From positions 1 through 64,000 of the forward strand of contig JALJEE010002469.1 of assembly GCA_023231475.1 (NCBI GenBank): DNA of 64,000 nucleotides. The letters run 5' to 3'. The notes under the pieces were generated by a model. The model did no database searches. It had not been told where the DNA came from and saw only the letters and a list, made by a program, of their open reading frames with translations. The position numbers were made by a program, and so were the translations under genes. Shown here piece after piece: positions 25,101-38,500 of the stretch (positions within the stretch are counted from its first letter, which is position 1; each line of letters begins with the position of its first letter). Source of the stretch: Seison nebaliae (taxonomy: Eukaryota).

Positions 25101-26047
25101 GCACGACAATCATACTTGGAAATGAGTCGATGTAATCGCCATCCTAATAGATGGAGGGCGAGATGTAAAAAGATTAATCGTGCCATTGATACTCTCCATT
25201 CGGCATTCGTTGAATAAAGTGCTGACAATTTGGCATAACCATGTTGTCTGGTGATCATTCCAATACTTTCGTTGAAGAGAGAGTAAATGAGAAGGATCAA
25301 CAATTTCCAACGATATTTCAATGGCAGCAAAGCATATGATGCGAGAATGATACTTGCCGATATCGAAATTGAATCACTGCGCCAGAAATAGATGGAAATC
25401 AAATGCACAATTAACAAGTCCAATAAAACAACGAGAGATAAAGATCGTAAAATTTTCACAACTCGATTGTACAACGACTTCCATTCTCCTGCAATATTTA
25501 TTCTATCATTCTTGTTCCGTTCTTGATTCGTATAAGACATATTGTTGACAAGTCCTTTCGTTCGATCGACCAACGAACTCGATGTATGAGCAGTCGATCG
25601 ATAATAGAAACGTTTCAAATAGAAATGATTCAACAAAATTAAGACAATTGCAACCAATCCAAATTTGATGGCGAGTATTAGAATGGTGACTAATGCACCC
25701 AATTGATAATCGGTACAATAAGCGTCTCGGTAGATGGTACCGTTCAAACGGTAGACCATCGTATCGTTTGGTGAATCACTAACAAAATAAGGAAAACATC
25801 TTTCTGATGGACGATCATCGGCACCAATAACGATGAATAGAATGGGAAGAATTGTCCATACGATACAAATGGATAAGAGGACGCAACTAAATGCAATTAA
25901 TCGTTTGCGTATATCAGACAGGAGACATATCGTTAAGAAAGGTGTTGAGCTAATACTATACGATTCTCTCTTGAAATGATATCGAATATTCTTCAGAATA
26001 TTCCCTCCATCATTACTCGGCATATTCCCATATTTGTTGTTGGTCAT
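22170..26047 (-). CDS. ADCY9: Transmembrane adenylate cyclase, type 9-like. Exons 26047-24600, 24549-24395, 24350-24246, 24175-22170
   Basis: Two TM clusters. C1a has [26 protein letters not shown] and MRVGIHTG. C2a has [24 protein letters not shown] and [14 protein letters not shown]. The xTLGDCYY and YEE motifs point to AC9. Confidence 0.9.
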
Positions 26048-27332
26048 ATCTCTGACGGATTGAAATTGGAGGAAAGATTATGAACGAATAAATGGTAAGC
26101 GAACGAATAAAATGATTTTCGATGAAATTCGAGTATTGACGTGTTAATTGCTCAATTAATTGATTGTTCACATTGAGTTGATTCTCTCTCAATTTTCAGA
26201 GAAACATCACATGAAAAATGAATATAATTGATGTTTTTCCACTCATCAGCTCATTGTCGTTGTCGAGTTTAATTATTTACTGTTATGCACTCCTAATCTC
26301 TTTCAATAAACCATCTGAAACAAATATGGAAATATATTAATTCAAAAATCATTCAATCGTTATACTATCGATTTGTTAAGATTATATCATTTAATCAATT
26401 AAGATCTATATAATGGAAAAAAAATGATGATCCTTAATCTTAATTACAGTAAACTAATCCAGGTGAACATGCATCAACATCATTCAACATCATTCATAAC
26501 TCGTCTTCTCTCTCTCTCTCTCTAGCCATCGATCGTATCATTTGTGTATCTTCTCTATCATGTCTATAGAATACATTATTATCGAATTACATAATTAGTG
26601 TTTTGAAATCGTAGAATTATTTTCATATTTCATAATAACATTCGTCCAATTATTCGACGGAATGCTGATGGCAAAATAAGATACAAGAACGATGTCTCTG
26701 TCAATTGTAATGGGGTGGTCATAAATGTTTTCAATCATTTGATATTGTTAGAAGGACGTGATAGATTATTAAGCTCGTACAGTTTGCTGGGAAATGATAC
26801 TCGGCATTGCTAAACAAACGGCTTATTCGCATCTACCCAACATTTCTTCCAAAATACAACAAAAGTCTTCTCACACTCCGATGAAAAGAGCAATCCAACG
26901 AGAATTCTCTTTATGTCCAAATTCTTTCTCGATTCTTCTCCACTTCATTCAAGATTTCTTTATTTCATTTCATATGTATAATTTCATTTATTTCATCCTA
27001 AAATTCTCTCATGTTCATCATTTACATTATCGAGTATGTATCACACAAAATTAAATTAATAAACAAAGTTCTCTCTCTCACTTTGAAGCTCGTTGTACGG
27101 AGGGGTCGATTTACATTATTATTTATACGTAACATCTACCAATAATAATACGTAAAAAATACAGCAATTCTTTACTTTTTTACCTTAGTCTACTCCACTG
27201 CTGACACGTAATGCTTTTAGTAGTCGATCTAGTAGAATGTTGATACGTCCGTTTGTTAGGTACGATTCTCTTCTTCTCTTTATATGACGTTAAGTGTTTA
27301 TTTATTGGAAGATTTTCATAGTCAAATGTATC

Positions 27333-27387
27333 TGTGTGTGCATGTGTGTGTACTTGTGTGTGTGTGTGTGTGTGTACTTGTGTGTGT
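27333..27387. repeat. Interrupted (TG)n microsatellite
   Basis: Directly visible in the sequence. Confidence 0.9.
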
Positions 27388-28722
27388 ATAATAAGGCTAT
27401 GTCGAAAAGAAGATAGTGTATCCCAATATATTAATCAATCTTTAATTAATTTCTTGTATAAAAAGTGAAGTATGAAATGGAAGACGGATCTGAACATTGT
27501 TCAATAACATTTAGCCACTATAGTATTTCTAGTGAAATAATTCATGAGATAATACGAAATTATTAGTTTTCTTGGTCTGTACTACTCATCTTCACTCATT
27601 TTAACTTCCATTTGTGTTCAACATAAATGATGCTAATATTAATTTTTATTATTAATCAGCCAAACTACCAATACTACTGCAATTCGTCTTGCTATTCTTG
27701 TAATAAATTAGACAACATTATTTTTTTTCTTTTCTCGAACTCCCAAATATCCACAACAATACATAGAATATAAATCATTATCACGTCATCATTCCCGTCC
27801 CTGCCCAATATACACACCATAAATTCATGTACTCTAAAGAATGTCATTCTAAAAGAACTACAATTTAATATTCAACAACCATGGTCGTTACATATCGATT
27901 TTTAATTCGACTCTTCAACTATTAAACAAACAGATGTTAATTGGAAGTGAACGAACGAACAATTCTCAAATGGATATTTCATTCTTTCCAACCTTTCACA
28001 CTATTAAACTACTTCCATTTTCATTTTACTGTCGCAACTTACGAACCCCATTCAATTTTTCCACTGTTACGATAAATTAAGAAGAAATCTTTAAGAACAT
28101 TTCCCTCACAACGAAACTGCATGTTTTACAATTGACTAAATTCATAAATGATGATATTTTCATATTCCGTCAATTTCGAAATTTTTGCTCTAAACCTGCT
28201 CAATAATTTTCAGTTGTTTTGCGTTCTATCGAATTATCAACAACTGTAGACCATATACTGATTAACGATAACTTCTTAAAAAAATCTTAAATATTTATAA
28301 TATTTTATATTTTAATATTATCAGAAAGTTGAAACTGTTGAAAATATTCTATAAATTCTTGAAATTATTCTATAAATTTTTTTTCGATGTGTTTTATCTT
28401 TGACTAATATGTATGACTATAAATATATGAAAAATAATTTCAATCGAAAATTTAAATTAGAGTTCTGGTTAATGGAAATAAGTAGTTCTCTCTAAATCAT
28501 TCTAAATCTACGAGATATCGTTGAACGTTTGAAAATGATACTAATCGAAACATAAAGAGAATATAAGCTCTTCCCTTAACTCTATTTTCCTGGAATGATT
28601 AATCAATGAACAATTGAAAACTTTCGAAAATTTTTGAATTAGGAATCTTTGGCCGATAAAGATACAAATGGTTTCTTTAAATGATCATAGGTTGATACTT
28701 TAAAATTGTGTGGTGTTCATTC

Positions 28723-29121
28723 ATGATGATAGATAAAAGTTGTGTAAGTGAATTGGTTGATAGAATTCTTAATTCGTGGTCAGCTGTCAAAATAGTGAAG
28801 GATAACCAGATGGGTGGACGACAAACGTTAATTAAATTGGAAGAATTGAAGGAAAAGATGATATTCGTTCTCCAACAACCCAAATTGGACGTAATGTTCA
28901 AATATGATTTTCCTGAATGGCTAGATGAATTCTTCGACACTAATTTCGACGTTCTATTGGAAGATGAATCGCATCATGAAATAGCGGAAACTCTTCAAAA
29001 AATTCAGGAATCTTCTACAGATCCAATTCGTTTAAAAGAAATTGTTGATTCTCTTCTACCAGCAACTGGTGGGAAAGAAGTAATTGATGAAGTGGGAGGT
29101 GAAATTTTTTCTGATGAATAA
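28723..29121 (+). CDS. TSR2: Pre-rRNA-processing protein TSR2 homolog, about 132 aa
   Basis: WSAVKIVKDNQMGG, FDTNFDVLLEDESHHEIA and an acidic tail match the TSR2/WGG family. The first in-frame ATG is at 28723. Confidence 0.8.
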   Translation: MMIDKSCVSELVDRILNSWSAVKIVKDNQMGGRQTLIKLEELKEKMIFVLQQPKLDVMFKYDFPEWLDEFFDTNFDVLLEDESHHEIAETLQKIQESSTDPIRLKEIVDSLLPATGGKEVIDEVGGEIFSDE

Positions 29122-29796
29122 AACTTCAAAAAAAAAATTTTTTTCTCTTCTTTAAAACAAACTTAATTAGTGAACTAGTCTTTGAATTATTCTTATTTTA
29201 TCAGTTTCCTCTTTCTCCAAATAACCACACCAATAAAAATTAATATTGTTAGTGGAAGTGAAGTTAGTTGAAAATTTCAACAACAATACGAATAATCGTA
29301 TTATGGAGAATTGATAATTTATAGAACGTTTGTTTCATTTTTATCGTTCCATCTATATGTAAGAGATTTCCATCCATTTGATATATTCATTTATATCTAC
29401 ATTTTGATATTAATTATCATTTACTTCTCTCAATCAAATTTTAAATTAATTGTGATGTTTGTGAAAATTAGAGTAGAAAAAAGAAATCTTCGTTTAGTTT
29501 CATTGGAAATTAGTTTGAATTTGGAAAGGAATTCGTTTAATGTTAAAATATTTGAGCACTTGAAGTGTTAGTGAAAAGAGGAAAACTCTCGAATGAAAAA
29601 TAAGAGAGTTTTAGACATCTAAAGAACGAATTTAACAGATAGAATCAAATGTTGGAAGTTGAATAAAGAAGAGAGAGGTAAGTTCTAGAAAATGTCTGTA
29701 AAATTCTAATTCGATTTGTGCTTAATTCAATTATTTATTTGTATTAGAAATAACATAGAAATCGTTTTTTAACATTGAACATTGTAGCGATTCGAC

Positions 29797-29802
29797 TATA
29801 AA
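29797..29802 (+). promoter_or_regulatory. TATA box of the 217-aa gene
   Basis: CTATAAAT about 100 nt upstream of the ATG, with a TCATTC initiator-like element about 30 nt downstream. Confidence 0.5.
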
Positions 29803-29895
29803 TGTTGAGGGTGAAATCCAATTGAATTATTCATTCGCAAATTCTTATCGATTAAACAATTCATTCATTCATTACTCAGAACATTTCTTCTTAAG

Positions 29896-30549
29896 ATGCA
29901 ATTCATCTCCATTACATTCATCGATTATCATGATGGTAAAGAGTTCTTAATGAAACTCGAAAATAACACAATCACTTATGATAAGTTGACTAAGTTCATC
30001 GAGCTCATGTTCGAGGGTAAGAAGTATACGATGGTCAATGAATGGAATAATCCGATGACTCGACAAGATGTCGCCGCCGTAATCGACAAGAAGATGGCGA
30101 ATATGAGATTCTACATCTCCATGAAAGTGGCAGTGAAAAAAACCAATGTCAGTGAACCAGTTACTACCACCATGAAAACAGCGAAAGCAGTAGTCCCAGT
30201 GACCGATAAATTGCGCCAAAATGAATTCGTCATCGATATGGTATTGGAACATTTCGATTATTTGATCAGAATGATGGAATTGATGAAATATACTCCAGAT
30301 ATGGATATGACAATGAGAATGGAACAGATGATGAGAACGATGAAACATGTCTACGAAACATCTTCTAGTCTTGTTGCTGCTCATTTACCCGCTGGTAGCA
30401 TGACCACAGAAAAAGTAAACAAAAGGGAGTCATTATTCAACGAATGGAAGAATTATGATAACAAAATGAATTCGATGGATAACAAATTCAAAGCGACCAA
30501 TCTAATGGACTACGCCACTGACGTGCATTATCAATACAACAACCATTAA
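29896..30549 (+). CDS. Met-rich hypothetical protein (217 aa), possible N-terminal beta-grasp (PB1/UBL-like) domain
   Basis: Clean single-exon ORF with a TATA box and a downstream AATAAA. It has 24 Met in 217 aa. The domain guess comes from the residue pattern only. Confidence 0.75.
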   Translation: MQFISITFIDYHDGKEFLMKLENNTITYDKLTKFIELMFEGKKYTMVNEWNNPMTRQDVAAVIDKKMANMRFYISMKVAVKKTNVSEPVTTTMKTAKAVVPVTDKLRQNEFVIDMVLEHFDYLIRMMELMKYTPDMDMTMRMEQMMRTMKHVYETSSSLVAAHLPAGSMTTEKVNKRESLFNEWKNYDNKMNSMDNKFKATNLMDYATDVHYQYNNH

Positions 30550-31421
30550 ACAGATGATGATGAATATCGCCTGAATTAACATTAGAATTCCTCTGAAATT
30601 TTCAGAAATTCCTCTAACTATTTATCTTTCTCTAATTATTTATCTTCTAATTTTCTATTCTATGATTCTCTCAGAGAATGTAGAAGAATTTTGAAATAAA
30701 ATTTCATTTTTTATTCTCTTCAACTTTTTTCTTATTTGAAATTTCTCTTAAAATTAATTTCTTTTTATCTCATCTAATTCTTGTCTAGAAACGATGAAAG
30801 TTATTTTTAACACTTTCCCTTCATTGTTAAACAATTAAATTTGAATTATTGCTCGAGAGTTTTTCATTTGAGAGATTTGGAAAAGAGAAAAGAATCGAGA
30901 ATATAATGGTAGCGATCGAGAGTTTTCTTTGAGAAAATTTCCAAAGAGAAAAAGAAATTTCGATGAAAGACCATCGATCTGCTAAGCAGTAGGTAAGGAT
31001 GAGAATTCGAAGAAATGGAATGTCACGATTCTGTTGTTTCAATCCATCGTTATTGCAACTGATTGAGTGTTTTTGATTGGAAGTGAATTGACGTTAGAAA
31101 TGAGTAGAAGACGTTGCTCGATTATCGAGTTTTATTGAGGATTCTCGATTCGGAGGAAACGAAGGGGAAAAGATTTGGATTGAAACAAATGAAGTTGTTG
31201 TGATTTGGAGTGAGAAGATTAGATTGAAAATACAAGTAATAAATCTGTTAATGGAAAGAAAGATATTGGAGAATTATCCATTTTTGTTTGTAATACAATT
31301 AAGATGTGGAATAAATGAAAAAAAGAGAGAGAGAGAGAGAGAGGGAAAGGGAAAGGAAATATAGTCAGATCTTTTACATTTAAATTCGATCGATTGTTAA
31401 AATAATGGAATTTTTAATGAT

Positions 31422-33545
31422 TTAATGGACTGCTGTTATATCATTTCGGAAACTTTTGGGTATGATCGAATAATTAATATAATCGCCCCAATTGATATGT
31501 TCGATGGAATTATTCTTTGGAAGTTGAGGTAAATCACCGGAATCATATTGATCAGTTCCTCGTTCTATTTGAAGTAGTTTCAACTTCTCACAAACATAAT
31601 CGATTGCTGGTTGAGTGCTAAGTGAATGGAATTGGTTCGATTGAGTTGTTCCATCAAGTGGAATATCGAATTTGACGTGCTGACTCAATGCACATAAATT
31701 ATTGAGTAAATGTTCGTTGGACATGGTTGATCTAGTTTTGGTATCCTCTTGAACGTCGTCGTTCAAATTTGTCGTTAACTTCTTCCTTTCTGAAATTAGA
31801 TGATTTTGACTCTTTTTATTAGAATTGCTCGACATATGTTTCTTCTTTTCTTCAGGAACCATATTTGCCTCTTCCAGGACTGAAATATTATTGTCTGGAT
31901 TTGGATTTGTTCGATTTTTCTTCTTTTTCTTCTTCTTCTTCTTTCCATTCCGCCCAGGTGGAGATGTGAGAGTTTGGAGTTGATTAGGTTCCTCTGATGG
32001 ATGTAAGGATACTGATTGAACGTTCATACTTAATTGCAATTGTCCCAACTGTTCTCTCAACAATCGACGACGATATTTAGCCAATTTCCTTTTTTCCCGT
32101 TTACGACGATTTTTCTGACTATTCTTCTTGAAATCGAAATCAATATCATCATTAAGTACTTGGATGATTTGGGAGTTGATACGATCGATCGGATCATCTG
32201 CGGACGAGAGAGCTATGGTGGACGAGGTTCTTGAAATAGTCAAAGAATTGACCGGCAAGAGATAAGCATGATTCTCGTACTCGTCCATATCATAGCCTCT
32301 GTCCAACAGATCGTCATCTGATTCCAGATGATCAATGTCTTTCTCTTCGGTCAATAATTTGTTATCTTCAATTAAGATTGGTTCATCATTATATAAAACA
32401 GGTGCCGGTCCAACCATATAACTGTTCAATACATTGAAATTGATGAGTTCGGGGTCTAATGAATTATTAATGAACCATGGATGATTCAACACTTCATCGA
32501 TCGTATATCGATTGACTGTGTCTTTTTGTAACATATTCCTAATCAAATCTTTTCCTTCTTCACTAACTAATTTCCAATCGTCGTAATGAAAATTGAATTC
32601 GGCTGATTGAATGACGTCCAAAAGCAATTCGATACAAATGTGACAAGAACCATTCGGTTCATTCCACGTACAATCGGGTTGATTGCAACTGACAACGAAT
32701 GGCGGATAACCACATAACAGATAATAAATGACAACACCTAAACTCCAAATATCACATCGTTTCTCGTATGGAGTTGTGCAATTGCGATCGTCCAAAATAC
32801 GGGCGATTTCGGGTGGAAGAAAATGTGCCGAACCGACGGGCGTCATAAGTGTCGGAGATGATATGAGACTATCGTCATCGAGTTGGATGGTGGAGGAGAG
32901 GTCGAAATCGCCCAACTTTACAGGAATTATGTTATCGGAAGAACAAAGAATATTATCTGGCTTGATATCTCGATGAGCAATTCCACGATCATGTAAATAT
33001 TTGACAGCGGTCGCCACTTGATGAATGATAATTCGAGCTAATTCTTCAGGTAGTTGGATAAATCTCTCCAATTGAGATGAGAGTGAACCACCATTCATTT
33101 TTTCGAAAACTAAATAACATATTTCTTCTTCTTCGAAGTAATCGATAAAATGTAGAGCTTCCTCACAGTTTCTTACACGATAATAAACTTCAACTTCTCG
33201 TCGAATATTTTCGAGAGTAGAACGTTCCACATTCAACACTTTCACCGCATATAGTTCGTTGGTGAGGAGATTAGAACATTCATAGACTGTTCCATTGCAA
33301 CCACGACCTAGTACTTTCCTCTCATTTAGACAATATAAGTCGAAAAATGTTTTGGCGACGAATGCATTCACTCTCGGTTTTCTTCGACGTCGAACCGGTT
33401 CCTCGTCTCTCCTATCTCCATCTTCCTGTTCCAAATTCATATTAGGCTTACTTTGCCCATTTTCTGAGTTCCTCATATCATTCTCATCCAAATGTTGAAT
33501 GGGATCTTCTCCTTCATTTGATGAATTCGAATGTATCCAGCTCAT
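31422..33545 (-). CDS. MKNK: MAP kinase-interacting kinase (MNK/Lk6-like), 707 aa, single exon
   Basis: Kinase motifs GRGCNG, AVK and HRDIKPDN. MNK-specific DFD motif, LMTPVGSA activation loop and Cys-rich insert CNQPDCTW...CHIC. N-terminal basic patch. Confidence 0.9.
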   Translation of the reverse strand: MSWIHSNSSNEGEDPIQHLDENDMRNSENGQSKPNMNLEQEDGDRRDEEPVRRRRKPRVNAFVAKTFFDLYCLNERKVLGRGCNGTVYECSNLLTNELYAVKVLNVERSTLENIRREVEVYYRVRNCEEALHFIDYFEEEEICYLVFEKMNGGSLSSQLERFIQLPEELARIIIHQVATAVKYLHDRGIAHRDIKPDNILCSSDNIIPVKLGDFDLSSTIQLDDDSLISSPTLMTPVGSAHFLPPEIARILDDRNCTTPYEKRCDIWSLGVVIYYLLCGYPPFVVSCNQPDCTWNEPNGSCHICIELLLDVIQSAEFNFHYDDWKLVSEEGKDLIRNMLQKDTVNRYTIDEVLNHPWFINNSLDPELINFNVLNSYMVGPAPVLYNDEPILIEDNKLLTEEKDIDHLESDDDLLDRGYDMDEYENHAYLLPVNSLTISRTSSTIALSSADDPIDRINSQIIQVLNDDIDFDFKKNSQKNRRKREKRKLAKYRRRLLREQLGQLQLSMNVQSVSLHPSEEPNQLQTLTSPPGRNGKKKKKKKKKNRTNPNPDNNISVLEEANMVPEEKKKHMSSNSNKKSQNHLISERKKLTTNLNDDVQEDTKTRSTMSNEHLLNNLCALSQHVKFDIPLDGTTQSNQFHSLSTQPAIDYVCEKLKLLQIERGTDQYDSGDLPQLPKNNSIEHINWGDYINYSIIPKSFRNDITAVH

Positions 33546-35540
33546 TCTCGTTTCCCTAATGGAATTAATCGAATTGATCGTTGAGCTTGTCAGTTATTAG
33601 GTCAGGAGTGGAATTGCCAACAATTCCGCACTTAACAAATTACCAATGGTTTGTGTGATAATGTTTAGTCCAAAAATCTTTTATTATCCAATTGTGAAGA
33701 AAAAACTGTATAAAAAAATGAAAATGAATTTCAAGTGAGAACCGAAAGTGAAAAAAAGACTAAATCGACGATTAATAAATATGAATTTTCCCTTTTCTAT
33801 CTCACCATCATAATTGTCTTAACATTATCTTTCAATCATTCCTACTCATCTCACCTTCAAATAACTCAATTTATGACAAACCCATATTTACATGGAAACT
33901 ATTAACACACATCCACTTAACAAACTAATTAAATGTTTCTTCCAAATATATTAACTTAAAACACCTCCATCAAACAACGTGACCATACACAGGGGTAGTT
34001 TGAACAAAAAACGAATGTTTCTCCTCAAAAAAAAAAAAAGAAAATGAAAATAGAATTAAAATTCTCTTAATTTCTAGTCGTTTTAATTTGCATTTCGTAT
34101 TTTATTCGTATAACTTGAGGGTGAAATGAACCTCAAAAAATATTCCTCTCCCTAAAAGGAAAATTGGGAAAGGAAAAAAAGAATGAGGTGGAAGAAAATA
34201 AGAGGTTATATTTCACAGTAATTCGGGAGATCAACTTTTAAATTAAACCTAATCTGTAACAAAACCTTCAAAATGATTGACGATAAAGCATAAAAGTACA
34301 GAAGTAACAAAAATTATTATGAGTTGTTTACTTAATTATTTAAAAAGTTTTCTTCTATTTTAAGCATGTATTTTGTTGGATAGACAGGGGGAACTGAAAT
34401 TATAGTTGAGAAATATTTTTCGCGAGTTAAGAATGAGTCAAAGAAATTTCTCGAAATTTCGAAAGAAAATTTTCATGAAAATGAAAATTACTAACGGTGA
34501 AGTTGCACTGATGAGTTTATCAAATTTTTAAAGTAGAGAATTGTTGGTAAATGTTAATTATCCTTCCATCATGTAAATAGTTAGGTGAAGATTGTAATCA
34601 AATTAATGATATTATCGATAGTTATAATTGACAACGACTTCTTCAAATGTTGGTGGATTTGCGAAGAATTCCAATTTCGAATTCTCTCCCCCCGTCTTTC
34701 CTCTGTTCCTTATTCACTTATTGACAAAATCTTATACATTCGCTCATCATAACAATTACACATATAGACCAAAGTCATCTCCAGAAGCCATCGCACGAAT
34801 TTATAAGAGAATTATTTTTTTAAAAAAATTAGCTCGACTCCTGAAGAATTTAAGGAATTTCTCCTCCTACAACATAACAGTTTTAATGAACAACTAATTA
34901 TATTTTTATCAGTTTCCTGTTTATGATTAATTGTTTATTAAGAAAACTACTTAAGCTTTACAACTTAAAATATATGTCTGATGATTAATCCGGAAAAAGA
35001 TTGCATTAAGGATGCAATTGAGGAAAACTATGATGAAGATTATGATAAAGATTATAATGAGGATAATGAATTCGTAAACAAGATAATTAATATCGATTGA
35101 ATTGATTTTGAAAAGACGAAGATTCACGTTTACTTCAGAAGTATTTAGAAAAAAGCCGAATCGATTACATCAACGCAATCTAGGTTTGGGGTAGCACCAT
35201 CATTCCCAATGTTGCACTGTTGTCAAATATTTGGTTATCAATTGGTTAATAAAAATTAGATGATTGTCAAAGTTTTAATATTTTCTACTTTAATGTCACA
35301 TAAAATAATAGACATCGTAATAATAATAGATCATTGAAATTTCAAAATGTAACATAAATTAATTTTATAATTTTTCCTAATCTCTTATATTTTATAAGAA
35401 ATTAGAACATTTTGAAGTTTTTTTCATTTTTCCAAAAAGAAAGGATTTTTTATTTTAAGAATAATTTGAAATTCTGTTAAAAGATAGATTAAAATGAAAT
35501 AATATTTCCAACTAGCTTATTAATACTACATGCAAATTCC

Positions 35541-38500
35541 TCACATAATCATGTCACCACTTCCACAAAACGAATTATTTGCCCCAACTATATGACAATC
35601 CTCATCAACTTCGTCTTCTTCTTCGTCTTCTTCTTCATCATCATCAGAATCATCATCATCCTCCGATTCACAAGAATTTTCTTCATATTCTGTTTCAGAC
35701 GTTTCATCTCCGTCTTCCTCAATGCATGTATTCACGTCGATCAGTTCCATAAATTCTTCATCACACTATATATATAAATATAAATAAAACTAAGTTGAAT
35801 GAAAAGAAACTTCTGGTAAGTTGAGATACCATCCCGACATAATTCCCGGTGTATTTACAACTTTAGCGCTCTCTTCTCCTCTCAATTCATCCTCTCGTTC
35901 AAGGCAACTAATGATTTGTGCACAACGATGATAAATATCCTTCAAAAATAAAAGTTTTCAAATAAAATTAAAAGAATAAAATTAAAGTTACCAACATATA
36001 CTCCTCTAGAACGGAAAGTTAAATTGTAAGAAAACATTGGAGATTGTCTTATAGCTCTATGGATATTGTACGATAAATGTTCACAGTCCAATGTGAATTT
36101 ATAAATCATTTCCAGCAAGAATCGGTCTTCGCTTTCAGTGAAACCCTTCGGATTGGGAATATGATGAGTTGGCAAGTCCATACGAGAGAAAAAAGGAGAA
36201 TTTATTCGTTCATCAATCAATTGATCGATATATTGTCGTTTTAGAATATTATTTTCACCTCTTTCGATTTGCTCAATTATTTTTTCATGACCATCGATCT
36301 CTTTATATCGTTTCCAGAAAACGGTATGATACTCTCTAATCTCATCCGTTTTCTTCGATGGTATTTCTTCCAACACCTTCACATTATTTCTCCCAAATTT
36401 CTCGTTCAGTTGAATGAATTTGGTAAATTCGCGTCGTGTCCATGTGGTGAATCCTTGAGAGATGAAATTTTGTTTTTGAATTTGTTCCTCTTCTGTTAGT
36501 GGTCGAGAATTGATGATATCCATTCTCTCTTTTTCACTTAATTCCTCTTCAATGAGAAAGTCATTCATTTTCTTAAAATAATCGAATTCCATTTTTTGTA
36601 GTTGTGCCAATTGAGGTGGGAAGAATTGAAAGTCGACAATAGGCACTTGATTAAGTAATTTAAAATAATCGTCATTGCTTCCTCCTACAATTTTACGTGT
36701 TCGTTTTGATGATGATATCAAATCGTTTCCATCATTATTATATTTACAATCCTTATAATCCATTCCTTCGAACATATACATATTATAATTTTCATTATCG
36801 AATGCAAAATTTTTCAATTCATTCTCCGATAATTTATCCATTTCATTCTTCTCATTTCTCGTTCGTTCTTCGCCTCGTTTCAATACGTCATCCAAATCAG
36901 TATCAGTTATTGTCGTATTATCATCACCACAAAATAATTGTTGTGCTCCACATCGAATGACTGAGAGTAATGTCTCTTTATTTAATTTCACAATATCTGA
37001 ATTATCTGATCGACCATTTTGAATGATGACATGATCTAATCTCAACTTTTTCTCTGCCAATTGCATCGTTCTCTCATCAACCGAATGTTCTGATAATAAT
37101 CGGAAAACTTTCACAATATTCTTCTGACCAATTCGATGAGCACGATCTGTTGCTTGTAAATCGATTTGAGGATTATAATCACTATCATAAAAGATGACAG
37201 TGTCAGCTGTTGCTAAATTGATACCCAATCCACCAGCACGAGTAGAAATGATGAAAATAAATAAAGATGAATCAGGTTTATTATATTCGTCAATGAAATT
37301 TTGACGATCTTCATAATTCGTCCCACCATCAATTCTCGCATATTTAAATTTTCTCATTATCAAATAATCTTCAATGATATTTAACATGATGACAAAACCG
37401 GAAAATAATAAAACACGATGTCCTTCCATTTTCAAACGTTTCAATAATTTATCGAGAACTTTCAATTTTCCTGATGATTCCACTAAATGTTCATCCGTCG
37501 TATATGGTGGTCCCGGTTCAATATTAGGTAAAAGATATGGATGATTTGCACATTTTCTTAATTGCATGAAAATATTATTCAATTTGACCGTCGTTATCTT
37601 TTTTTCACTACCTCGTTCTACTCGTATCATATCAAATTCTCTCGCTAATATTTTCTTGTAAACTTCTCGTTGAATATTTGCCATTCTCACATATAATTTA
37701 ACTTCTTCTTTCGCTTTCAATGATTTCTCCACATCCGATTTCATACGTCTCAACAAAAACGGATTCAATATCGAATGTAATCGAAGTATCAGATCGTTGT
37801 TATTTATACAATTATTCGTATTGAACCAAATATCGAAATCTTCAGCTGAATTGAAAATTTCCGGTAATAAAAAATTCAACAATGCCCATAATTCATGCAA
37901 ATTATTTTGTAATGGTGTTCCTGTCACTAACAGACGATGATCCACCATCACCGTTCTCAAAGCGATGGCTAATTTTGATTTTTCATTTTTCAATCGATGT
38001 GCCTCGTCAACCACCAGAATTTCCCATCGATATTTTCGAAGAAAAGCTTTCTCGATCACCGACATCTCATACGTCGTAATTACCACATCAAAATCATCAT
38101 TTTTATTACGTTGTCGAATCATTGTTCGACGTTTATATTTCTCACCAAATAACATCAGTATACGGAAAACTCCAGGACACCATTTTTCGAATTCATTTTG
38201 CCAATTTGTAATTGTGGATTTTGGAACGATAATGAGAAAATATCGATTCTTCTTGAGAAAGAAACGATGATAAGCGATTAAAGAAATCGTTTGCAATGTT
38301 TTTCCCAAACCCATTTCATCAGCTAAAATACAATTGATATTATGAGAGAAACAAGAAATCATCCAATTCAATCCACGTACCTGATAATCTCTCATTTCAC
38401 CATTCTCAATGAAATATGGTGATTCATCAAAATGAATCAAACCTTCTTGTGAATTACAAATATCTTTATCTTGTAACTTTATTAGTTCAGTTGATTTATT

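Noticed and set aside
34981..35100. 39-aa acidic ORF (EENYDEDYDKDYNED)
   Set aside because: Short and repeat-derived, with no supporting gene structure.
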